Below are positions 1 to 8,937 of a stretch of DNA of 18,442 bases, piece by piece (position 1 is the stretch's first letter; each line of letters opens with the position of its first letter). The notes beneath the pieces were generated by a model. It ran no database searches. It had not been told where the DNA came from and saw nothing but the letters and a program-made list of their open reading frames with translations. The position numbers were made by a program, and so were the translations under genes. The stretch covers positions 1-18,442 of the forward strand of contig JAHLWH010000199.1 in assembly GCA_019058015.1 (NCBI GenBank), in the 5' to 3' direction. Origin of the DNA: Promethearchaeota archaeon (lineage in GTDB: Archaea > Asgardarchaeota > Lokiarchaeia > Sigyniarchaeales > SOKP01).

Positions 1-1
1 A

Positions 2-1204
2 ATCAATAGAGATTTTTAAATTAATCGTTTCCAAAAATTCATTTAATAATTTTTGGAATTTATATAGCCAAATACCTAATTTCTTTAAAGATTTTATTTT
101 GCTTTCAATCTCATTACTATCAAATTCTTCTAACCCTTTCGAAAAAAAGTCGTCTAAATTGGATTTAAACAGATTTAAATCCTTTATTAAGAGATCACTT
201 TCATTTTTAAAATACTTTTGATTGAAACTTTCAATTTTTATAATTTCTTTAGTGATATTTGCAATATTTGATTTGATTAAGCTTATCGGTCTTATATGAG
301 ATAGTTCTTTTAAACCAGATTCTGTTATTTCATCCAATTTATTTAAATCAATAACTTCTTCTAATTCCATTCGAAGATTTTTTATTTTTTTCTTATCAAT
401 TTCAAGATTTTCTTTTAGGTTATGATAAATTTTATCAAATTCTTTAAATTTAGGCATATTCTGATTTAATTTATATTGGGAATTTTCAATTTTTTGCTTG
501 ATATCGTTAATTTTATCTCTTAGAATTTTAGCATTTTTCCTTAGGGTTTCAATTTTTTTATTTTGATCATTACTCTGGCTTTCTTCTTCTCGAGTAAGAA
601 TATTAATCTGATTAAAAATTTCCTTTTGTTCTTTTTTAAATTTAATTTGTGTTTTTTTTAAATTCCCGAGATTTTCTTCAAGCATTTTTTTTTGATTTTT
701 AATGGATAAATAATCCTCTTCAAATAATTTTAATCTAGTGTTATATTTAATAATTGAATCATTTAATTTATTAAATAGAGTTATTTTAGTAGCAATTTCT
801 GCTGATTTATTTCTTTCTTGGGCAATCTTTAATTCGGTATTTAATTTTTTTTTTTCAAAATTGAGCTGGTTTAATTTTAAGAATGAAATACAATTTCCTA
901 AAAAAGAGATATATTTATCTAAAAATTCAATATTTTTTTGAGTTGTTTGAGTATATTTTGCTATAATTTCAATAAAATTAATATTGTCAATCAGACTTTT
1001 CTGTTCTTTAGAATTTTTTTTATATAAAATCAGTAACTTTTCTAAGCTTATTTTTGGAATTTCATCAAGAAGGTAGATATAATTACCCAATTGAAGTTGA
1101 TCTAAATCCTGAGAAAGAAATTTACCTTGAATAATATTAAATTTATTTTTTATTTCTACTGAAAAATCTTTAATTTTTATTATAAATGAATCAGAATTAA
1201 TCAG
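2..1204 (-). CDS. Long coiled-coil protein, 3'-truncated by the window edge (>=400 aa); missing from the ORF track
   Basis: My translation of the minus strand is open from 1204 to 2 (LINSDSFIIKIKDFSVEIKNKF...KLNTELKIAQERNKSAEIATK...KNAKILRDKINDIKQKIENSQYKLN...NEFLETINLKISID), with extensive K/E/L heptads. An in-frame TAA lies five codons upstream. The start is most likely CTG at 1204 or ATT at 1201, both overlapping the upstream gene's TGA and following an AGAGGT SD-like motif. Confidence 0.85.
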   Translation of the reverse strand, partial: MINSDSFIIKIKDFSVEIKNKFNIIQGKFLSQDLDQLQLGNYIYLLDEIPKISLEKLLILYKKNSKEQKSLIDNINFIEIIAKYTQTTQKNIEFLDKYISFLGNCISFLKLNQLNFEKKKLNTELKIAQERNKSAEIATKITLFNKLNDSIIKYNTRLKLFEEDYLSIKNQKKMLEENLGNLKKTQIKFKKEQKEIFNQINILTREEESQSNDQNKKIETLRKNAKILRDKINDIKQKIENSQYKLNQNMPKFKEFDKIYHNLKENLEIDKKKIKNLRMELEEVIDLNKLDEITESGLKELSHIRPISLIKSNIANITKEIIKIESFNQKYFKNESDLLIKDLNLFKSNLDDFFSKGLEEFDSNEIESKIKSLKKLGIWLYKFQKLLNEFLETINLKISID

Positions 1205-2268
1205 TCTAAACCTCTTTTAGTTTTTTTTTGAATTTTATTTAAGTGTTTTTCAAATTCTTCTTCCTTTTTTTGCTTTCTTTTTCTAATAACTTTTAAAGGA
1301 TCGATATCAGCTTCATTATTTTCTATTATATCTCTACTAAATATATCTTGTTTTGTGGTTTGGGTTGATTCTTCTTTCTTTTCCATTTCCTTTTTTTTAT
1401 CAGCAGGAGGGTGTTCTTTTTTTTCTAATTTAGATAAAGAATCTAATTTTTTTCTTTTTTTTTTACGTTTTAATCTTTGAAATTCATCTTCGGAAAGAGT
1501 AAATAATTTATCATAAGATTTGAATCGTGTATCTTGTTTTTCTTTTAATCTATCAAGCTCATCCATTTTCTTTTTTTTGTCTAAAGTAATCTTTTGGGTG
1601 GCAAATTTATTTTTAGGAAATCTGGATTCTGAAGTTATCATGAATTCTTTAAAAGAAATTTTGTTTTTTATGTATTCTTTTTTAAACTCATTAATAATTT
1701 TATAGTCAATGTTTTTAGGAATTTTATTTAGTTCAATATTTAATAGTCGTTCCATCTCATTTTGATAAAATTTTTTTATTTTATTTAGGGTTGTTAAAAA
1801 ATCAGGGTTATTCTTTAATACATCAACTATTGACTCCCAAAAATCAACATCGAGTGAAAAAATAAAACTTGTTTTTTCTAAAAAAGATGATACTTTCTTG
1901 TTTTTAATTAATGAAATACCGACTTTTTTAAGAGAGTCTTGAGAAATGTTTTTTTCTGTTAAAATGTTTTTTATTGTAAGAATATATTGAGATAATAGTA
2001 AGTCTTTAAACAATAACCAATTTTCTAAGTTAAGTTCAGAGTTTTTAGATAAATTTGAATATATTGCTTCTAATAAGTTATCTAAATCATTAAAAAATTT
2101 TTTTCTGTCATTCTCTATTAGATCTGGTTTTTTGAGAAAATTTTTTAGAGTTTCTTTATAATTGAGATATAATTTACTAATTAAATTTAATTTTCCTTGA
2201 ATTATATCTATAGAATTAGTTAATTCTTTTATTCTATCTACAGAAAAGATTATATTCTCTGATTCCAT
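1201..2268 (-). CDS. Hypothetical protein with helical N-terminus and highly charged K/E-rich C-terminus
   Basis: 355-aa ORF with ATG start, co-oriented with its neighbours; its stop overlaps the next gene's start. No recognisable motif. Confidence 0.8.
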   Translation of the reverse strand: MESENIIFSVDRIKELTNSIDIIQGKLNLISKLYLNYKETLKNFLKKPDLIENDRKKFFNDLDNLLEAIYSNLSKNSELNLENWLLFKDLLLSQYILTIKNILTEKNISQDSLKKVGISLIKNKKVSSFLEKTSFIFSLDVDFWESIVDVLKNNPDFLTTLNKIKKFYQNEMERLLNIELNKIPKNIDYKIINEFKKEYIKNKISFKEFMITSESRFPKNKFATQKITLDKKKKMDELDRLKEKQDTRFKSYDKLFTLSEDEFQRLKRKKKRKKLDSLSKLEKKEHPPADKKKEMEKKEESTQTTKQDIFSRDIIENNEADIDPLKVIRKRKQKKEEEFEKHLNKIQKKTKRGLD

Positions 2269-2330
2269 CTTTCGATTTTTTATTTATTATTTTTATATAA
2301 TCAACAGGAAATTTTTGGATATATTAATTA

Positions 2331-3407
2331 TTAAATTTCACGAGGACCTTCAAGATGATTATGGTTTATTCTTAATATTTTTTTATCCCTGGAATATTTC
2401 CTTTCAGAAGCACTCAAAAAATATTGTTGTTCAACATGGATTTTAGTACCTCCCACTAATTCCAAGGAATGGACAAAATTTTCATAAGTTAAAATGTCAG
2501 ATTTTAATGCTTTAAATAGAGCAACTCTCACTCCACGCTCTAAATCTGCACCTGTGTATCCACGCGTTAAAAATAAAATTCCTCTATTTTCGATAATTGT
2601 TTTATCATTCCATAATGCATTCGAATCTTGTATGGATTTCTTTTTACTCATTAAAGATTTTAATTTTTCTTCCTTAGATTTTAATAATGCATATTCTTTG
2701 TTTAAACTAACAAGAATTACATCATCTACCCCAATTTTTGCGTTACTAATTTTATTAATAAAAGACTCAATTATTTTTTTCCTGAGATGAAATGAAGGAA
2801 AATCAAATTTCAAATGAAATGTAAATCTTCTCCAGATTGCAGAGTCTAATTGGTCTTGATGGTTAGTAGCACCTATAATTGCTAATGGTGTTCCAAAGTA
2901 ATTTATTTTATCAATTATTTGTAAGAAAGATATTACAGCTCTTTTAATTTCGCCTACTTCGTGAATATTCGATCTTTCAGAAGCAATTGCGTCAATTTCA
3001 TCAAAAAATAATATAAAAGCTCCATTTTCTTCAGCAATCTGAGCTGATAATTCCACTACTTTTCTAATATTTTTAACGGTATCGCCTAATAGTGCAGAAA
3101 CTAATCTGTCAGACTCTACTACACACAATGGGATATCAAATTCCTTTGCAAATGCTCGAGTTAAAGAAGTTTTTCCAGTTCCAGGTGGTCCATATAGGAG
3201 GACAGTTAAATTTGGAACTAATTTAGTCTTTTTCAATTTTTCAACAACTTCGGTATATTTTTTTAACGAACTGAAAAAATCTTCAAGCCTTTCCTTTAGA
3301 ACCTCATTTCCTAATATATCACTAACATTCTCTATTATTTCATTCGGTAAATAAACCGTTCCATACTTATCAAGCCTTTCTTTAATTTCATCATCTGTAT
3401 ATGTAAT
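2331..3407 (-). CDS. Single-domain classical AAA+ ATPase; true start probably ATT at 3407 rather than TTG at 3236
   Basis: Walker A GPPGTGKT, Walker B ILFFDEID, sensor-1 GATN, second region of homology LDSAIWRRF, lid GYTGADL. The frame stays open for 59 codons upstream of 3236 and encodes VSDILGNEVLKERLEDFF, matching the conserved 'DIxG.e.vK..l.e' opening of AAA domains. Confidence 0.9.
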   Translation of the reverse strand: MTYTDDEIKERLDKYGTVYLPNEIIENVSDILGNEVLKERLEDFFSSLKKYTEVVEKLKKTKLVPNLTVLLYGPPGTGKTSLTRAFAKEFDIPLCVVESDRLVSALLGDTVKNIRKVVELSAQIAEENGAFILFFDEIDAIASERSNIHEVGEIKRAVISFLQIIDKINYFGTPLAIIGATNHQDQLDSAIWRRFTFHLKFDFPSFHLRKKIIESFINKISNAKIGVDDVILVSLNKEYALLKSKEEKLKSLMSKKKSIQDSNALWNDKTIIENRGILFLTRGYTGADLERGVRVALFKALKSDILTYENFVHSLELVGGTKIHVEQQYFLSASERKYSRDKKILRINHNHLEGPREI

Positions 3408-3413
3408 TTTTTC

Positions 3414-4682
3414 TTACACCCCTTCTTTATTTTTTTTTCTTATTTTATTTAAATATTCACTTAAATCTAAAATTAGTTCCTTAATGCAATCTATGCTAGA
3501 ACCTGCAAAATTAAAAATTTCTTTTCTATATTGGACAGAATCCCGGATTTTCATCCTATCTAATTTTAAATAGTTATTAAAGCATAGAAGTTTCATCATA
3601 TAAGGTATTACTTTTTCTTGAGTTTTCAAACTAGTAAAAATAGGATAGAAAATATTATGATCACTTAATTGACATTTTAAAATTGTCGAAAAAATAATAA
3701 ACGCAAATGTCATAGAAATCCAATTAATTAGTTCTTTAGATAAAAAACCTCGACGTAAAGAAACGAAGGCAAGATAACTTAAAATTAGAGTCTCATTACT
3801 GAATTGAGGTATCAACCTAATCTTGCCATCGGATTGTTTATTTTCTCTAATGAAATCATTTTTAATTAACACATCTATAAAATCATACTTAGGAGCAAGA
3901 AAAATTTCATCTAGAACTCTTAATCCTAAGCGTTCGCAAATTTTTTCAATTGCTTCTTGCTCTTCATGAGCAATATTATCAATAAACGCTTCAAAAACAT
4001 CATTGATCAAGATTACCGGAATTTCTATGTTAGAATCTTCAGGACAAGGATAATAATTAGGATCCAAGTTGTATAAAGAGGTTATATTATTAATTATTTG
4101 GTATAATTTTGGAGAAATACCGGGAATTTCGAAGAAATCCGGGTTATCCACAGTTTCCCTATAATATGTATGTGGGATCATCATATACCTTTGACATTCA
4201 TACCAATTTACTGATGTTTTATTCAACTTCATATAAATTTCTTCAAAATTTTTACCAATAGGCAACAAAAGATCTTCTAAATATTTGTAAAGAAGATATA
4301 AATATGTAGAATTTAATTTTTTTTGATCTGGGTTTGTAATATTTATTAATATTTGTAAAGCACTTATGCATTCATCAAAAAATTCAATTAGATAATCTTT
4401 AATATCTATAGGCTCTAAATCCTCAGAATATTTGTATATAAAATTTTTAATATTTTCAAATACTTTACCTCTATAATATGCCGAGAATTCGGATAAAGCC
4501 CTCACTCTCTTCACTAATCGTTTTTCTTCGTCCATTTTTATCTTATCAAAAATCTTTATGTCCATCATCACTTCCAAACTCATATTTTGGACAGTTCTTT
4601 TTGTTTCTTTGAGGATTGGAACCAGATGACTTAAATATGTTAGATATCTTGCGAAAATGTCTGTCCATTTTTCTCTAACCAT
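3414..4682 (-). CDS. Hypothetical protein (422 aa, mainly helical)
   Basis: Long ORF, ATG preceded by AGGAG, tightly packed in the cluster. The segment FIDVLIKNDFIRENKQSDGKIRLIP could be a winged-helix wing (weak). Confidence 0.8.
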   Translation of the reverse strand: MVREKWTDIFARYLTYLSHLVPILKETKRTVQNMSLEVMMDIKIFDKIKMDEEKRLVKRVRALSEFSAYYRGKVFENIKNFIYKYSEDLEPIDIKDYLIEFFDECISALQILINITNPDQKKLNSTYLYLLYKYLEDLLLPIGKNFEEIYMKLNKTSVNWYECQRYMMIPHTYYRETVDNPDFFEIPGISPKLYQIINNITSLYNLDPNYYPCPEDSNIEIPVILINDVFEAFIDNIAHEEQEAIEKICERLGLRVLDEIFLAPKYDFIDVLIKNDFIRENKQSDGKIRLIPQFSNETLILSYLAFVSLRRGFLSKELINWISMTFAFIIFSTILKCQLSDHNIFYPIFTSLKTQEKVIPYMMKLLCFNNYLKLDRMKIRDSVQYRKEIFNFAGSSIDCIKELILDLSEYLNKIRKKNKEGV

Positions 4683-4707
4683 AAAAGTCTTCTCCTAAAT
4701 TCTTAAT

Positions 4708-5850
4708 TTAATCTTCAATAGAAGTATCTACTATTACTTCTGCGAAAATTGAACCTATACTCACGAATATATCAATTTCGACACGACACAACTCCCCGAG
4801 AATCCAACGGTTTATATCCTTCAATATAAAGCGAGTCTGGTTGTGGATCTTTCTTCTAACCTCTGTTGTGTCAATTGCTTTCAACCACTCTCCACCACCC
4901 AATCGATAGGCGACAATCTTTATGAGCGGCTCTAATAAGTCTAACAACACCTCTTTCATCATCCAGGACTTGGGAATAACACTCATCCTATTGGAATCGT
5001 ATGAAGGGTCTTTAAGAATTGGATTGGTCTCATCAACGTCAAGTTTAGGCATAAGTGAGATCAAAAAAATTAAACTAAATATGTTACAGATACCGTTTAC
5101 TGTATAAACACCGCCTATTTTCTTTAGATCATCTCTATGAACTGAAATATTGGCTAAAAACAAAGAGATGAAAACTGTTTTATCGAATTTTTCTGAGACC
5201 ATTTTTTCTCCAAGTACTTCATCAGTATAAACATATTCACCTTCTAGGATTTCTAATATTTTTTCAGGAAACGTGTAAAAAGTATAAACTTTTCGCTCGC
5301 TTTTCCTTTTATCTTTTTCAACGATCAATTCTTTCGCTTCTAAACCGAATAAATCCACAAGATCTTGCAAACTCTCTTTTACATATTTACGTGCTTTATT
5401 GGGGTCAGAAAACATTGCGTAAAATTGATGATCTACAATTTGAAAATCCGGTCCTTTACTAAACGCCTCAACTAATCTATCAATGACAGTTCCTTGAACA
5501 TTTAAAGCGATTGTTTTGCTTCTTGATGATATAAAACCATTAATTAATTCATTTATTATAAAATCTTGATCATGAGAGCGAGATTTTATGATACGCTCAA
5601 ATGCTTCAGCCAGATCTTTGGTTTTTGGGAAAAAAGCATTTTGAATTTTCTCATTAATTGATTTTATAAATAGATCTCCATTATTTTGTGGAAAATAATC
5701 TCTCATTACTTTCAATCGTTCGATCAAGGCTTGCTTAGCACCAGGAATATTATCAATATCTCTTTCTTCTAGTTTCTTAATAGATCTATCAATATTTTTA
5801 GAGAATTCAGTAAGTAATTTTTCCCATTCAAGATTATCGATCCCACTCAT
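4708..5850 (-). CDS. Hypothetical protein (380 aa)
   Basis: Long ORF with an AAGGTGAT SD upstream of ATG. A helix plus hairpin segment (YVKESLQDLVDLFGLEAKELIVEKDKRKSERKVYTFY) is weakly winged-helix-like. Confidence 0.8.
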   Translation of the reverse strand: MSGIDNLEWEKLLTEFSKNIDRSIKKLEERDIDNIPGAKQALIERLKVMRDYFPQNNGDLFIKSINEKIQNAFFPKTKDLAEAFERIIKSRSHDQDFIINELINGFISSRSKTIALNVQGTVIDRLVEAFSKGPDFQIVDHQFYAMFSDPNKARKYVKESLQDLVDLFGLEAKELIVEKDKRKSERKVYTFYTFPEKILEILEGEYVYTDEVLGEKMVSEKFDKTVFISLFLANISVHRDDLKKIGGVYTVNGICNIFSLIFLISLMPKLDVDETNPILKDPSYDSNRMSVIPKSWMMKEVLLDLLEPLIKIVAYRLGGGEWLKAIDTTEVRRKIHNQTRFILKDINRWILGELCRVEIDIFVSIGSIFAEVIVDTSIED

Positions 5851-5888
5851 TTATTCAATCACCTTAATCGTTTGTATTAAATTTTATC

Positions 5889-6857
5889 TTATTTAGCCCA
5901 ACCTATTTCTTTTTGTAATTTTTTTAAAGCATCAATTAAAAGAGGGACTTCTGATTTATCGTAAATATTTGGTGAGCCTGTTCCTTTTTTTGTAGTCCAA
6001 GATAGTTGTCCTCCATCACCAGCTTCATAATATCCGTATTTTAATAGTTGTTGTAAATTCCTTTCCCATGCATAGAATCTTAACCATTTCTTATTGGGGT
6101 TATCTTTTGAATATATAACAGCTATAGCTTTCCATAAACTCATTAACCATTCTATAGTAATACCCGCTACAGGGAGATAAAAATTAATAGGAAAATTGGT
6201 TGAGAATTCTAATGGGAGATCTTTAGGATCAATATTAAAAATAGGTTCATTACGAGATTCCAAGATGATGATCTCGCCACAGTGTTCACATTCATAATGT
6301 GTTTTTCTTTTACTTAATGTTAATTTTTTACTACAATTCGGGCAAATTTTATTTTCGAGAATTCTATACTTTAGAATTTTTAAACGCTCATTTTGAATTG
6401 CTTTATCTTCTGTTTCTTTTTTTTTTTTTTCAAATCCTTTAAAATTACCCCAATATTCGTCAAATGAAGAATTTATTTTTTCCAAGGATTTGATTAAATT
6501 ATTCAATACTGCTGATTCAGTTATTTTGAAAAAGCCTGCATGTGTATTTATTTCTTTTTTCCACCAACTAAGTCTGATATATTTAGAGTTGCTTAAATAG
6601 GAGCTATGACAGAGTAATGCTGCCACCCACCTATTTGGAGATTTAGAAATGGTAATTCCTTTTTCACAAATTTCATATTTCTTATTTAAACTAGCGTTGT
6701 TATGAAAATAATCTCCTTCTTGAATTTCTCCAATAGTAGTTTCTTTCTTTTTTTCAATTTCTTTGATCTGTCCTTTAATTATTTTTTTACACTTTGGACA
6801 TTGAAATATTTGCTGAACGAGTTGTTCCATCTCAACGTTACATACAGGGCATTTAAT
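5889..6857 (-). CDS. Internally duplicated [Zn-ribbon + PC4/YdbC-like domain]x2 protein; start probably ATT at 6857 (or 6860)
   Basis: In-frame sequence upstream of ATG 6830 encodes I-I-K-C-P-V-C-N-V-E, completing a CPVC...CPKC ribbon. A second ribbon is CPNC...CEHC. Each ribbon is followed by a similar GITI...W.A......K(Y/W)(I/L)R...W....LI..L.K domain. The PC4-like call is an inference. Confidence 0.8.
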   Translation of the reverse strand: MKCPVCNVEMEQLVQQIFQCPKCKKIIKGQIKEIEKKKETTIGEIQEGDYFHNNASLNKKYEICEKGITISKSPNRWVAALLCHSSYLSNSKYIRLSWWKKEINTHAGFFKITESAVLNNLIKSLEKINSSFDEYWGNFKGFEKKKKETEDKAIQNERLKILKYRILENKICPNCSKKLTLSKRKTHYECEHCGEIIILESRNEPIFNIDPKDLPLEFSTNFPINFYLPVAGITIEWLMSLWKAIAVIYSKDNPNKKWLRFYAWERNLQQLLKYGYYEAGDGGQLSWTTKKGTGSPNIYDKSEVPLLIDALKKLQKEIGWAK

Positions 6858-6876
6858 AATCGGGCACCTTCCTTAT

Positions 6877-7983
6877 TTATACATTTATAATTCTATATCG
6901 TTCATAATCTAAATTAAGTAGCTTTATTTCATTTTTTTCAAATTTAGATACTTCTTTTTTGATATTTACTAATTCTTCTCTTAATTTGACTAATTTATCT
7001 TTAATTTGATTTAAGATATTATCTTCGTTGTATGATATTTTAGTAATAAATTCTAAATAGGTATATTTTTTTCCCTTTCCAGAATAGTAATTTTTAATTT
7101 TACTTAATTCTTCATCAATTTCATTTAATCTATTTCGTTTTATAAGTAAATTTATAAGGATAGAATGCCATTTTTTAAAAATTTCATTTTCTTTATCTAC
7201 AACTTCCTCCAGATCAAATTTAGCAGGTAATTTTTTTACGTTTTCTTGCATATATTCAAGAATGACTTTATTAATGTCTATTGCCTCTTTGATAATTCTG
7301 AGATTTGATTTTTTATTTAATATAGGATCATATAGTTCAATGAAATTGGAGACTTTTTCTAATAATTCTTTAAACCTGTTATAAAATTCATTAATTGTGG
7401 TTTCGACCTTTATTGTTTGATATGGATTTCCTAAATCATCTAAAATTTCATACAGATCGTCTGCTAATAAATAATTTTCCTTACCAATTTCAAATAGAAA
7501 AGGATGAATTATATCGCTATTTTCGCACATAATTCCCTTCAACCTTGAGATGGCATAGTGAAAATTTCGTTTTGTTAAAAATGTGAATTTTTTTGAGATA
7601 ATAGGAAATAATGTATTTTCTGGAACAATTATCTTATTCTCTTCAATTCTTATCGGTTCCAAAATTTTAATTAAAAAATCATCTTCTTTCTTTTCCAGCT
7701 CTTTTAAAGATCTTAAATTTTTAATTATTCCTAAATCTATTAAAATTTCGGTCAGTTCTTTATTTGAATATAATTCCAAATCGCTTTTGAGAATTTCATC
7801 CAAATTCATTAATCTTTTAAATGAATTGAGCCAAGATTCATCTAATAAATTTTTTAACATATCGTTTCGAATTATGTAAAGATATAATAGAATATAGCGA
7901 ATCTCAACATTTTCAAATACTTTATTTATAAGATTTTTATCTACTTCAATGGATAATTGCTTATGCTGTTCCATTTCTTCCAA
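6877..7983 (-). CDS. Hypothetical protein with globular N-terminus and coiled-coil C-terminus; first gene of the left cluster
   Basis: 368-aa ORF (TTG 7983, or ATG 7974); heptad-rich C-terminal half (LNEIDEELSKIK...IKDKLVKLREELVNIKKEVSKFEK). Confidence 0.8.
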   Translation of the reverse strand: MEEMEQHKQLSIEVDKNLINKVFENVEIRYILLYLYIIRNDMLKNLLDESWLNSFKRLMNLDEILKSDLELYSNKELTEILIDLGIIKNLRSLKELEKKEDDFLIKILEPIRIEENKIIVPENTLFPIISKKFTFLTKRNFHYAISRLKGIMCENSDIIHPFLFEIGKENYLLADDLYEILDDLGNPYQTIKVETTINEFYNRFKELLEKVSNFIELYDPILNKKSNLRIIKEAIDINKVILEYMQENVKKLPAKFDLEEVVDKENEIFKKWHSILINLLIKRNRLNEIDEELSKIKNYYSGKGKKYTYLEFITKISYNEDNILNQIKDKLVKLREELVNIKKEVSKFEKNEIKLLNLDYERYRIINV

Positions 7984-8201
7984 CCTACTTTAATTTATAT
8001 GATATTAAATAATTTGATCTAATCAATGTAATCTATTCCAATAAGATAATTAAAAAGAGATACTAAAATTATTATACCATAACATAAAAATTTTTCTATT
8101 TTACGGGAAATGGGTAAATTAAAAAGAGAAAAATTTTTTACTCTTAAAAATTATTAAAAATTAAAAGAAAAATAACAAATATTACAAAGACGGGAAATTT
8201 T
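7984..8201. promoter_or_regulatory. Divergent intergenic promoter region between the left cluster and elf1
   Basis: 218-bp AT-rich non-coding gap between oppositely oriented starts. Several TATA-like words are present but none can be assigned uniquely. Confidence 0.5.
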
Positions 8202-8933
8202 ATGGGCCGAAGGAAGAAAAGAAAGAAAATTTATAAAAAATCGCGCAAACTTCCCAAAATCTTCACATGTCCATCATGTGGCTCTAAATCAGTTAAAATA
8301 GAGAAGAAAATAAAGTTAATTACATATTCAATAAAATGTATTGATTGTGAGCTAGAATGGGAGGCACATCTGCGCTCAGAAAATGAGTTATATGATATAA
8401 ATGGGGAAAATGTAAAAAACTGCTCTATTTGTGGTGGAAAATTAAAAAAAACAGAATTAAAAGATAAAATTGTCAATTTAGTTGAAGTTAAATGCGGAAC
8501 TTGCGGATTACAAAAAGAGGTTTTAGCCCGTTCTATTGAAGCTGCTGTAGATTTTTATGGGTCATTTATTGACATATATTTTACAGATCAAGAATATCAT
8601 CGTTTAAAGGGTAATATTAAAGAACATCAAAAAGAGAAAAATTGGAACGAATTAGCTTTAACTTATTCACTTCTATCAGATATTACAAAAATTAAAGCCT
8701 CAGAATTATCTAAAGAATATATTTCAACAGGAGAAGAAGAATTACTAGAAGAATCTAATAAATGGAGAGATGAAGCAGCAAACTATAAATTATTAGAAAG
8801 AGATTTACGTGAAAAAATTAAACAAGAAGGTACTGGCGTTGATCTTGAGGAAGAAATAGAGGTAGAAGAAAAACTAGCAAAAGATAAAACGCTTGAAGAG
8901 GTTTTTGATGATCCAGGATTCCTAGAGTGGTAA
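8202..8933 (+). CDS. elf1: Transcription elongation factor Elf1 homologue with an inserted second Zn ribbon and a C-terminal helical/acidic extension
   Basis: Basic N-terminus MGRRKKRKK, LPKIFTCPSCG, and later VKCGTCGL...AVDFYGSFID, matching the Elf1 pattern (F.CP.C ... C..C ... vDvY..wiD). Confidence 0.85.
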   Translation: MGRRKKRKKIYKKSRKLPKIFTCPSCGSKSVKIEKKIKLITYSIKCIDCELEWEAHLRSENELYDINGENVKNCSICGGKLKKTELKDKIVNLVEVKCGTCGLQKEVLARSIEAAVDFYGSFIDIYFTDQEYHRLKGNIKEHQKEKNWNELALTYSLLSDITKIKASELSKEYISTGEEELLEESNKWRDEAANYKLLERDLREKIKQEGTGVDLEEEIEVEEKLAKDKTLEEVFDDPGFLEW

Positions 8934-8937
8934 TCTT

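Noticed and set aside
2331-3407. Vps4/CdvC, Cdc48 or PAN identity for the AAA ATPase
   Set aside because: No MIT, N-domain or coiled-coil/OB region, only one AAA module, no aromatic pore-loop residue, and no recognisable ESCRT-III neighbour.
6417-6431. Long A/T homopolymers (here and elsewhere) as programmed frameshift or phase-variation sites
   Set aside because: Reading frames remain intact across them and they encode Lys runs typical of this low-GC genome.
8880-8933. Elf1 acidic tail ending in Trp as a WASP-type Arp2/3-binding 'A' motif
   Set aside because: It is attached to a transcription factor and has no preceding WH2 or central helix; acidic-aromatic tails are common generic docking motifs.
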